A stretch of 54,760 nucleotides of DNA from Candidatus Saccharimonadales bacterium. GTDB lineage: Bacteria; Patescibacteriota; Saccharimonadia; Saccharimonadales; SZUA-47. Location of the stretch: positions 1 to 54,760 of the forward strand of contig JBGSRU010000002.1 in assembly GCA_041737385.1 (NCBI GenBank). Reading direction: 5' to 3'. The notes beneath the pieces were generated by a model. The model worked only from the letters and a program-made list of their open reading frames with translations, was not told where the DNA came from and made no database searches. This document shows positions 46,850 through 54,760 of this stretch, in pieces. The position numbers and the translations under genes are program-made. Numbering within the stretch: position 1 is the stretch's first letter; each line of letters starts with the position of its first letter.

Positions 46850-47806
46850 ATGAATATATCAAAATCTTTCAGCACTTATTACAATAAAGTAGAGTCTTAT
46901 CTTGTCTCTTGGGACTTAAAAAAATTAGCCCGTAATATGAGCATACTAGCTATTGTCGTTGGACTAGCAGGAGGCTACCTGTGGTATTCGAGAATGTATA
47001 TGACCAACGAGAGACGATTTTGGTTGGCAGTAGAAAACAGCATGGCAACACAAAGTGTTACGCGGTCGATTACATCTGGTGGAACGGGTAATCAAGTCGT
47101 ACAAGATCAACAATTTTTCTTTTCACCGCAAATGGCTTCTCGTAGTCATGTTATGTTTTCGCAAAAAGGAGCAACAGTCGATACACTTGTTGAAACAGAA
47201 GGCATCTCATTCCCAGGTGAACAGTATTCACGTTATACCGCGTTTGAAACAAACCAGAAAAAAGAAGACGGATCTTCCCCTACGCTTGACGGGGTGTTAG
47301 ATAAATGGGGGTCTTCAATAGCAACTGAAGACGAGCAAGAAACAGCCCGCCAAAACTATATTAGCGATATCATTACCTTAGCTGTATTTGGTAACTACGA
47401 TGCTAAGTTTCGTCGGGATGTAGTTCAACAGCTGCAGAGCAATAACTCATACCGTTTAAATATTGAAGGCATTCAGGAAGACGTAATTGACGGCAAAAAA
47501 GTAATCATTTATCCAGTGTCTGTCGGCCTTCAGTCATTCGTTACCCAGTTACAACGAGCTTTTGTAAAAGCGGGCTACGGAGAGTTTCCGCCGTTAAATC
47601 CTGAAAATTACCGAGAAGACGCAAGATTAAATGCACAGTTTACGGTTGATCCTAAAAATAATTCAATCGTGGGTATAAATTTTGGCGAAAGGCAGGAATT
47701 CTATAAAGGATACGGAATTTTCATTAATGTAGAACCACCAAAAGTTGATTTTTCTAATGACGAGCTGGAAGCAATTGTACAAGAAGAAATTCAGTCAGCT
47801 TTGTAG
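46850..47806 (+). CDS. Membrane-anchored extracellular protein, LolA/LppX-like fold candidate
   Basis: N-terminal TM helix; EDVIDGKKVIIYPVSV, FTVDPKNN, YG..INVEPP patterns. Confidence 0.65.
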   Translation: MNISKSFSTYYNKVESYLVSWDLKKLARNMSILAIVVGLAGGYLWYSRMYMTNERRFWLAVENSMATQSVTRSITSGGTGNQVVQDQQFFFSPQMASRSHVMFSQKGATVDTLVETEGISFPGEQYSRYTAFETNQKKEDGSSPTLDGVLDKWGSSIATEDEQETARQNYISDIITLAVFGNYDAKFRRDVVQQLQSNNSYRLNIEGIQEDVIDGKKVIIYPVSVGLQSFVTQLQRAFVKAGYGEFPPLNPENYREDARLNAQFTVDPKNNSIVGINFGERQEFYKGYGIFINVEPPKVDFSNDELEAIVQEEIQSAL

Positions 47807-47874
47807 CGCTTATGCCTAGGTAAGGTATACTATCACTATAGACTTTGCAAAATAATATGAGGAGTCTCATACAA

Positions 47875-49470
47875 ATGGACGAACAAACAGATCAAGATTC
47901 AGTTAGCGGAGCATCCATGGATGCACAAGTGACAGAGCCGTCGGTTGCCAGTTCACTCCAAACGGCTCAGCCGCAGCAGCCAACTATTGTTCCTCAAACA
48001 GTTTTACCGACCGCACCTCAGCCTGCTTTCGTTCAAACCACTTCGCCGACACAAACAGCTATTGACAAAATAGTCAGCACAACAAGTCAGTCGACTGCAA
48101 CAACCTCTGACGAGCCTCCTACTCTTTCTCCTGATGCTAGAAAATTAACTAAATCAAAGTGGTTTATACCTGCAATATTTGCAGGATTTCTTGTGTTGGG
48201 TGGTGGAGCGGCTGCGTATGTGTCTGTATTCCAAAAATCACCAGAAAGTATCTGGAGCAGCGCTCTTAGTAATACCGCAAATGGAATTGAAAAATATTTA
48301 GCAACAGCTTATGGCGACGAACAGTCTAAGGGATTCAAGGTTGACGGAAACTTCAAAGTTTCTAGCCCAATCGCTGTTGACGGATCCATGGAAGGCCAAT
48401 GGTACGGATCAAACGGTTTGCTTAAGGGTAACATAGGAGCCGGAGGCGTTCGTTTTGACACAGAGCTCAGAACAATCGCCGAACAAACCGGCAATACACC
48501 AGACATTTATATGCAGGTAAGTGGTTTAGACGGTTTTGACTCACTAATCGACTCGCTTGGAGGCTCTGGCAGCGGTATTAGTTCACAAGTGAAACAAGTT
48601 AATGGACAGTGGTACTACGTAGACCACACGTTAATTGATCAATATGTTGCAAGTACAAGTACTGATACAGCCAATATGGAGTTCAGTGAACAAGAGCTGA
48701 AAGAGACAATTGATACATTTATGGTTGTGCTCAAAGATCGAATGTTTGGTACCGCAGAAGACAAGGCAATCTTTAAGATTGTAGAGACTATTGGTAAAGA
48801 GGATTTTGAAGGAACACCAAGTTATAAAATGAAAGTTAAAGTTGATCAAAACAATTTCAAGGACTTTGTTGTTGCGCTGAAAGATGCGACGAAAGAAACA
48901 AAATTGAACGACTTAATGACTCAAGGACAAGAGGGCAAGAGCATAGAGGAGCTTATCAACTTTGACCAACTTATTGAAGAGCTTGAAAAAGCCGACTTCT
49001 CAAAAGCTACTGCAGATGTGTGGGCTGAAGCGCGTGGTGGATTCATCCGTAACATACGATTTTATCCTACCGAAGACAAAAAAGAATCAAACTATCTAGA
49101 TTTTGGTATGAACTATCAGGGGGGTGACGTGTTCCCATTCTTGATTCGTGCAACAATTGATGACAATGATGTTAAAGGAGTTTTAGGATTTGGATTCAAC
49201 ATTAACCAAAATAATGGTGACGGCGGTTTAACCGTAAATGTTGACCTAAATGGCGAAGGAATGAAGGTTCAGGCAGAAGCAGCGCTCAATATAGTAGGTT
49301 TAGATGAAGAGGTGTCTGTTGAGAAGCCCGAAAATGCAAAGTCATATGTAGAATTGTTATCAATCTTAACTTCTGGGCTCTACCAACAGCCAGCAGGTCA
49401 GTCTTTGTACGATGATATCGGAAGTGACTTTCCAAGTTCATCATTCCCATTAGATGACTTGGAGTTGTAG
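47875..49470 (+). CDS. Membrane-anchored extracellular protein, LolA/LppX-like fold candidate
   Basis: P/Q/T-rich cytoplasmic N-tail, TM helix, IYMQV, GQWYYVD, GKEDFEGTPSYKMKVKV, DVWAE....RNIRF, VSVEKPENA. Start placed at ATG 47875 after GAGGAG. Confidence 0.7.
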   Translation: MDEQTDQDSVSGASMDAQVTEPSVASSLQTAQPQQPTIVPQTVLPTAPQPAFVQTTSPTQTAIDKIVSTTSQSTATTSDEPPTLSPDARKLTKSKWFIPAIFAGFLVLGGGAAAYVSVFQKSPESIWSSALSNTANGIEKYLATAYGDEQSKGFKVDGNFKVSSPIAVDGSMEGQWYGSNGLLKGNIGAGGVRFDTELRTIAEQTGNTPDIYMQVSGLDGFDSLIDSLGGSGSGISSQVKQVNGQWYYVDHTLIDQYVASTSTDTANMEFSEQELKETIDTFMVVLKDRMFGTAEDKAIFKIVETIGKEDFEGTPSYKMKVKVDQNNFKDFVVALKDATKETKLNDLMTQGQEGKSIEELINFDQLIEELEKADFSKATADVWAEARGGFIRNIRFYPTEDKKESNYLDFGMNYQGGDVFPFLIRATIDDNDVKGVLGFGFNINQNNGDGGLTVNVDLNGEGMKVQAEAALNIVGLDEEVSVEKPENAKSYVELLSILTSGLYQQPAGQSLYDDIGSDFPSSSFPLDDLEL

Positions 49471-49494
49471 CTCTTTTGAGCGCTATATTTGTAT

Positions 49495-50259
49495 ATGACG
49501 GTAATAATTGATGATCACGTCGTTTCTTATGAAAGGAAGGGTAGCACCGGCCCTGTGTTAGTCATGTTGCATGGATGGGGAGACTCGAAAGAGACTTTTA
49601 GCTTACTTGCAAAAGACTTACAGCAAAGTTACAGCATTATTTCGGTAGACCTCCCCGGCTTTGGCAAGAGTGATGCACCGAGTGAAGCCTATGATTTAAA
49701 GAAGTATGCTCAATTTGTCGCAACGTTTCTAAAGAAAATAGATAGTCAACACGTTTTTGCGTTTGTTGGTCACTCTAATGGTGGGGCAATCGCGATTAAA
49801 GGCTTAGCAAACGGCATATTGCAATCTGAAAAACTTGTATTACTTGCAAGTGCAGGTGTTCGGTCGGTAGGTTCTAGCCGTAAGCACTTGTTACGGATTG
49901 CCGCGAAAACGGTAAAATATCCAACCATTTTACTGCCTAAAAACATGCAAAACGCCGTAAAGAAAAAAGCCTATAAGACTATTGGATCTGATTTGTACAT
50001 CGCAGAACACCTTCAAGCAACTTTTAAAAAGATTGTTTCAGAAGATTTACTGCTTGAGGCTGCGATGATCCCGCAAAAAACCATACTGGTTTATGGTAGG
50101 AACGATGCGTCTACACCTGTTACGTTTGGGCAAAAACTCCAGTCACAAATCGAGCTATCAAAGTTGGTCGTTATTGAAGATGCAGATCATTTTCTCCATC
50201 AATCGCATGAGAAAGCTGTTTTAGTCGCCGTTCGTGGCTTTCTGGAGGAAGGCGCATGA
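49495..50259 (+). CDS. Alpha/beta hydrolase
   Basis: LHGWG, DLPGFG.S, GHSNGG nucleophile elbow, G..D, H motifs. Start at ATG 49495 (alternative TTG 49489). Confidence 0.92.
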   Translation: MTVIIDDHVVSYERKGSTGPVLVMLHGWGDSKETFSLLAKDLQQSYSIISVDLPGFGKSDAPSEAYDLKKYAQFVATFLKKIDSQHVFAFVGHSNGGAIAIKGLANGILQSEKLVLLASAGVRSVGSSRKHLLRIAAKTVKYPTILLPKNMQNAVKKKAYKTIGSDLYIAEHLQATFKKIVSEDLLLEAAMIPQKTILVYGRNDASTPVTFGQKLQSQIELSKLVVIEDADHFLHQSHEKAVLVAVRGFLEEGA

Positions 50260-51695
50260 GAACTTTCTTCAGCTTTTATACACTAAAACTACCTATTTAT
50301 TTAGTGTATATGCTGCAGCAGGTAGAATATGATCCTCGTAAGTTTTTAAACTGGATAGAGCGACTCATAAAAGACAACAAATCTGTTCAAAGTGTTATGA
50401 CTCGTAAAAAGCTAGTAAAAACACCAAAAGCATACGCACTGCTCGTTTTTTCTTATTCATTAATTGCCGTCAATATCTTTGGCTACATATTCATGTTCAG
50501 GTCTGACCCAATAGTACTGTTCTTGGGAAACTTTTTACTTGTCATGCTTATTGCTCCTTTTGTTGTGCAACTTTCGCTGAGTATCATCACATTTATAGCT
50601 TATAGAATAATTATTTTGCCACAGAAAAAACGACTTATTGCTGAGAGTAAAAAAATATTTGCGCAACATAAAGCGGTAAAGATAGCTGTTATCGGTAGCT
50701 ATGGCAAAACAACTATGAAAGAATTACTGAAAACTATCATAGGACAAGCAAAAGATGTTGCTGCTACTCCTGGGAATATGAATGTTGCCGTGTCTCATGC
50801 GCGGTTTGCCAAAAAACTAACCGGTAAAGAGGACGTATTAGTAGTTGAGTTTGGTGAAGGAGAGCCTGGTGATGTCATGTCAATGTCCAAGACGCTTAAG
50901 CCAGACTACGCAGTCATTACAGGCTTAGCGCCAAACCACCTTGATCACTATTCGGACCTAGAAACGGTTGCATCTGACCTCCTTTCAGTCTATGACGTCG
51001 TAAAAAAGGATCATGTATACGTCACGAACGAGTCGATGATGCTAAAAGCTTTTTTGCCGAAAGACGTAACTCACTTTAGTGCAACTTCAGTTATGGGATG
51101 GAAAATTAGTAATGTTCTAGTTTCAGTTGTTCAGACGACCTTTACAATGACTAAAGGAAAGAAAAAACTCAGTATCCAAACAGGGCTGCTCGGAAGGCAT
51201 CAAATAGCACCCATAGCTTTTGGTGCCGCGATTGCCGACAAACTAGGACTTAGCACGCGAGAAATAGAACAAGGTTGCATGGAAGTACTGCCTTTTGAGC
51301 ATCGTATGCAACCACGGCATATCCACGGAGCGTGGCTTATTGATGACACATATAACGGCAATCTAGAAGGCTTACAAGCTGGGCTAAAGCTACTGCATGA
51401 GCTTGATATGAAGCGTAAGTGGTATGTGACTCCTGGACTTGTCGACCAAGGTAGTGAAACGGAGCGTGTCCATAAAGAGCTTGGTAAGTCTATTGCAGAG
51501 TCACACGCGGACATAGTGGTGCTCATGGATAACTCAGTGAGACCAATTATCGAAGAGTCAATGAAAGAAAACGGCTTTGCTGGTGAGCTCCGCATCGAAT
51601 CTAATCCACTTCAGTTCTATAGAGGTATTGAGCATATTGTTGCTGCAGGTGATCTTGTCGTTATGCAGAACGATTGGACTGACAATTATAATTGA
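50256..51695 (+). CDS. murF: Mur ligase, MurF-like, with N-terminal TM segments
   Basis: IGSYGKTT, TPGNMN, VVEFG, HRMQ, IDDTYNGN, NDWTDNY motifs; upstream of ddl. Confidence 0.8.
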   Translation: MRTFFSFYTLKLPIYLVYMLQQVEYDPRKFLNWIERLIKDNKSVQSVMTRKKLVKTPKAYALLVFSYSLIAVNIFGYIFMFRSDPIVLFLGNFLLVMLIAPFVVQLSLSIITFIAYRIIILPQKKRLIAESKKIFAQHKAVKIAVIGSYGKTTMKELLKTIIGQAKDVAATPGNMNVAVSHARFAKKLTGKEDVLVVEFGEGEPGDVMSMSKTLKPDYAVITGLAPNHLDHYSDLETVASDLLSVYDVVKKDHVYVTNESMMLKAFLPKDVTHFSATSVMGWKISNVLVSVVQTTFTMTKGKKKLSIQTGLLGRHQIAPIAFGAAIADKLGLSTREIEQGCMEVLPFEHRMQPRHIHGAWLIDDTYNGNLEGLQAGLKLLHELDMKRKWYVTPGLVDQGSETERVHKELGKSIAESHADIVVLMDNSVRPIIEESMKENGFAGELRIESNPLQFYRGIEHIVAAGDLVVMQNDWTDNYN

Positions 51696-51752
51696 TTATT
51701 GTACATAATAGTGGTATAATATTTATATATGTTGTTGTCTAAAGTAAGGTCA

Positions 51753-52757
51753 TTAGTAGGACACTTCATCCAAAAGTAATCCTTTCTCTACAGCACATTG
51801 TACCGCACTCTTGAAGCCCAGGCTCTGCCTGGGCTTGTTGTTTATAGTCCTAAGAGCTGAATCTACTTCCCCTTGAGTGATTGTGCTGAAGTTCGTACCC
51901 TTAGGGAAGTATCTCCGTAGCATCTTGTTCGCATTCTCAACCCCACCTTTTTGGTAAGAAGCATATGGATCAGTGAAGAAAACGGGTATGCCCGTCTGGG
52001 CTGTCACTGCCTTGTGTTGCTTGTTCTCAATGCCGTTGTCGGTGGTGAGTGTTTTTAACTCTAGTCCGCTTACTAGACTTGCGATCGTCCCTGCGTAGCC
52101 TCCTGGCTTCAGGTTAGGTACGAGCTTCGCTCGAACCAACCGAGTAGTCCGTTCTTGTAAGACAGCTAATGCAGCGGTGCTGCCACAGCGCTTAGAACTG
52201 ACAACAGAGTCATACTCAGCGTGTCCTGATTCAAAACGGTCTAAAGCGGCCTCTGGCCGCTGCTCTATGCCTGTTCTCTCTGGAATCATGACTCGCTCTG
52301 TCTTATTCTTCTTGTGCCTCTTGACTCGGTAGCGTTCACTGAGTAGGTACTGACAGTATGGCTGACCACGTGAACTACGAAGCCAGTCATAGATTTGTGG
52401 TGCACTGACGTAGGGCAGCTTGCTTTGATGATGCTTCAGATGTCCAGCAATAACCTTCGGGCTCCAACTGTAGGTTGGAGATAGCATCAAGATGATGAAT
52501 GAGCGTAGCTCATTATGCTGTTCAATCTTCTGCCACTGGTAGCGCCTGGATCGCCGACTGACCCGACTCTTTGCTTTGGCTTTACTGGCTACATACTCAC
52601 CAGCTACGCTGTTGACCTTGATCTCTCTGCTGATGGTGTTTGGGCTACGCCCAAGCACCTCTGCAATCTTCCGTAAGCTATAGCCTTTGTTCTTTAGTAT
52701 TTGGATCTCACTCCGCTCCGCGGAGCAAAGTCCTACATATTTTTTAGTTTGTGACAT
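51753..52757 (-). CDS. IS30-family DDE transposase
   Basis: HTH (GYSLRKIAEVLGRSPNTISREI), G..EYDSV, TTDNG.E, PY..YQKGGVEN.N..LRRYFPKGT, N.KPR..LG motifs. Confidence 0.96.
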   Translation of the reverse strand: MSQTKKYVGLCSAERSEIQILKNKGYSLRKIAEVLGRSPNTISREIKVNSVAGEYVASKAKAKSRVSRRSRRYQWQKIEQHNELRSFIILMLSPTYSWSPKVIAGHLKHHQSKLPYVSAPQIYDWLRSSRGQPYCQYLLSERYRVKRHKKNKTERVMIPERTGIEQRPEAALDRFESGHAEYDSVVSSKRCGSTAALAVLQERTTRLVRAKLVPNLKPGGYAGTIASLVSGLELKTLTTDNGIENKQHKAVTAQTGIPVFFTDPYASYQKGGVENANKMLRRYFPKGTNFSTITQGEVDSALRTINNKPRQSLGFKSAVQCAVEKGLLLDEVSY

Positions 52758-52798
52758 CCATCTATTTTAGCCTCTGGTGGTTAGTGTGAGTGTCCTAC
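51756..52798 (-). mobile_element. IS30-family insertion sequence (~1.04 kb)
   Basis: 12-bp perfect inverted repeats tagtaggacact (51754-65) / agtgtcctacta (52789-800). Their outer TA can be read as a 2-bp target duplication. Encloses one transposase gene. Confidence 0.88.
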
Positions 52799-53518
52799 TA
52801 TATTCCTTACTTTTGCTTGTTTTCTGAATTACATGAATCTCCAGATTTTGCTGATTTTACACAACAGTTTCCGGACGTAGCTGAGTCAGCAGTTCTCTTT
52901 GGTAGGGCACTTGAGACGGGCTGTGCTGACTTATTACGGCCTGTTGATAAACGAGGACGGCTTGAAGTTGTACATGAACTTGGCGCAGTTATTGCTCGTG
53001 ATGTACTAGTTGAGGACATAACTAAAAAAGTTATAAAGGAGCATGATGACGAAGGTATAGGCTGGATGCAATCGCATAATGGTTCATGGTTTTTCTCAGA
53101 TTTTAACTCAAGACATGGTCGTTATACGCCAACAGAAAGTAGGCTGCAGCAAGTTTGTCTAACTGCATTTGGAATCACACCAAAGTTTATAACCAATAAA
53201 TATGACTATAGATATGGTTCAAGTGGTTTTCAATTTCCACATAAAGATGGTGATTTCGTATTACCTAGTTTTGCATTCGGTTCAGGTCCAGGAGCGACAA
53301 GAGGACAAGCTATAAACTCAGATACTACAGTTCCGTATAGTAAAGAAGGTGCTAAGATTATGAAGGAATTATTTGAACGTAGTGAAGCAACTGATATAGA
53401 TACTGGTAGTTTTGATATTGCGGTATTCGACGGGACAAAGTTCAACCATCATGGCATTAGAAATGCTCCAGAACCAGAAACTCAAGATCCGAGGTTTAGT
53501 TTCCTTATTCGATTTTAA
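52790..53518 (+). CDS. 2OG-Fe(II) dioxygenase-like (AlkB-like) protein; true 5' end uncertain because of IS30
   Basis: H-x-D (FPHKDG), distal DIAVFDG...HHGI and R-x-S (PRFSFLIR). The annotated GTG lies inside the IS inverted repeat. Confidence 0.65.
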   Translation: MSYYIPYFCLFSELHESPDFADFTQQFPDVAESAVLFGRALETGCADLLRPVDKRGRLEVVHELGAVIARDVLVEDITKKVIKEHDDEGIGWMQSHNGSWFFSDFNSRHGRYTPTESRLQQVCLTAFGITPKFITNKYDYRYGSSGFQFPHKDGDFVLPSFAFGSGPGATRGQAINSDTTVPYSKEGAKIMKELFERSEATDIDTGSFDIAVFDGTKFNHHGIRNAPEPETQDPRFSFLIRF

Positions 53519-53592
53519 GTAAACAATTTAATAGTTGTAATTGTATAGCTTAATTGTAATACTGTTTATATAAAAATAGGAGTTTTTTATAT

Positions 53593-54760
53593 ATGAAAAC
53601 AGTCGCTGTAATCTTTGGAAGCCGCTCAGCAGAACATGATATATCAATTATCACTGCGCTGTCTGCGATTATTAAACCTCTTGAGCTAACAAAAAAATAT
53701 AATGTTGAAGCTGTCTATATAGCAAAAGATGGTTCTTGGTATTGGGATGAAAAACTCAAGGATATTGCTCTGTATCAATCGGGTGAGATAGACCAATTTA
53801 TAGGAAAAGCTCCAAAAGTGCAGCTGCAATTTGATAACGGCCTGACGCTGGTGAAATCAAGTCAGTTTGCCGGCCGAAAAGCATACAAAAAAATCGATAT
53901 TGTGTTTCCTGCGACACATGGAACGCACGGTGAAGATGGTGAGCTTATGGGATTGCTCGAAATGGCTAATGTCCCATACGTTGGTTGTGATGTACCGTCT
54001 AGTGCAATTTCAATGGATAAGGTGCTGAGCAAACTGATTGTTGAAGCTCACGGTATAGAAGCTCCTGTTATGCAGTTTTTTACGCGAAAACAATATGAAG
54101 CAAACATGAGCGGTTGGCACGAAGCAATAAAAGATCGCTTAAAGATGCCGTTATTCGTTAAGCCAGCTCGACTAGGTTCAAGTATTGGTATTTCGAGAGT
54201 AGAGAGCGAGAAAGAACTTACAAATGCGATTGAGGTTGCGCTTCATTACGATGACAAGGTACTCGTTGAAGAAGCTGTGCCAAACCTCATCGAAGTGACC
54301 GTGCCGGTAATGGGTAATGATGAGCTGACTGTTGCGTTGGTTGAGCAACCGATTGTTTCAGAGAGCGGAACTTTTGATTTTGATACAAAATATCTAGGCC
54401 AAGGAAAAGGTGGCAAAAAAATGGGCGGCAAAACTTCAGGTTCTCAAGGCTATAGTAAGTTGCCAGCTGACATCTCGAGCAGTCTGTACGAAACCTCTGA
54501 GTTACTTGCTCAACAAGTGTATCGGGCCATTGGTTGCTCAGGCATCGCACGAGTTGATCTGCTGATTGATAGCAAAGCCAACAAAGTATACTTCAATGAA
54601 ATAAATCCGCTTCCGGGCAGCCTCTACGCACATAACTGGCGAGCAAGCGGCATGTCGAGCGTCGATTTGGTAACGAATCTGGTAGAACTAGCAGAAAAAC
54701 GCTGGGCCGAAAAGCAAAAGCTAAACACGACATTTTCTACAAACTTCTTAAAACAGTTCT
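53593..54760 (+). CDS. ddl: D-alanine--D-alanine ligase, running to the window edge
   Basis: Absent from the ORF track because the stop is cut off. MKTVAVIFGSRSAEHDISI, FPATHG..GEDG, MDK, FVKPARLGSSIGI, FDFDTKY, RVD, NEINPLPG; AGGAG SD. Confidence 0.95.
   Translation, partial: MKTVAVIFGSRSAEHDISIITALSAIIKPLELTKKYNVEAVYIAKDGSWYWDEKLKDIALYQSGEIDQFIGKAPKVQLQFDNGLTLVKSSQFAGRKAYKKIDIVFPATHGTHGEDGELMGLLEMANVPYVGCDVPSSAISMDKVLSKLIVEAHGIEAPVMQFFTRKQYEANMSGWHEAIKDRLKMPLFVKPARLGSSIGISRVESEKELTNAIEVALHYDDKVLVEEAVPNLIEVTVPVMGNDELTVALVEQPIVSESGTFDFDTKYLGQGKGGKKMGGKTSGSQGYSKLPADISSSLYETSELLAQQVYRAIGCSGIARVDLLIDSKANKVYFNEINPLPGSLYAHNWRASGMSSVDLVTNLVELAEKRWAEKQKLNTTFSTNFLKQF

Noticed and set aside
58-54550. 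Dozens of short ORFs antisense to or overlapping long genes in the ORF track
   Set aside because: They are shadows of well-supported genes, with no motifs, SD or promoter geometry.
53593-54760. Ddl as a D-Ala-D-Lac (vancomycin-resistance-type) ligase
   Set aside because: The omega-loop reads TKY, with Tyr at the E. coli DdlB Y216-equivalent position, consistent with D-Ala-D-Ala.
1-54760. CRISPR array, rRNA, group I/II intron, retron or DGR
   Set aside because: No regularly spaced repeats, rRNA signatures, intron domain V or reverse transcriptase motifs were seen.

Overview
A 54.8-kb chromosomal window from a small-genome Candidate Phyla Radiation bacterium, most likely Saccharibacteria (TM7). 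The taxonomy is inferred from gene content and order (ftsA-like/baseplate-J-like/ruvX/mltG, secG-SBP, lemA-htpX, hydrolase-murF-ddl, AlaRS without C-Ala). Standard code 11 is used. It contains housekeeping genes (mnmA, alaS, obgE, sbcB, uvrA, uvrC, rplY, trhO, ligA, rdgB-like, ddl), three tRNAs (Leu-GAG, Val-TAC, Ala-GGC), one intact-looking IS30 element, a WxL/DUF916-like surface locus and several single orphan genes dropped between core genes. Features missed by the ORF track and most worth following up: (1) a leaderless Ala-containing 19-aa uORF folded into a hairpin ahead of alaS, a candidate T-box-independent attenuator; (2) a structured leader plus an SD-positioned ATT start codon for a LysM-CHAP hydrolase, followed by a ~147-nt multi-stem RNA candidate; (3) both ends of a class II photolyase 2 kb apart, as a stand-alone N-domain ORF and a hidden C-terminal fragment fused back-to-back to a truncated membrane gene; (4) the same TGACTTGTC element at the same promoter position in uvrA and uvrC; (5) a signal peptidase I fused to a large ectodomain, divergent from a likely dedicated substrate; (6) a 156-bp tRNA-Leu-integrated mini-element with direct and inverted tRNA-end copies; (7) two tandem LolA/LppX-like membrane-anchored proteins that could be lipid scavengers; (8) pervasive leaderless-type promoters. 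All family assignments come from motif recognition by eye; no database searches or folding programs were run.
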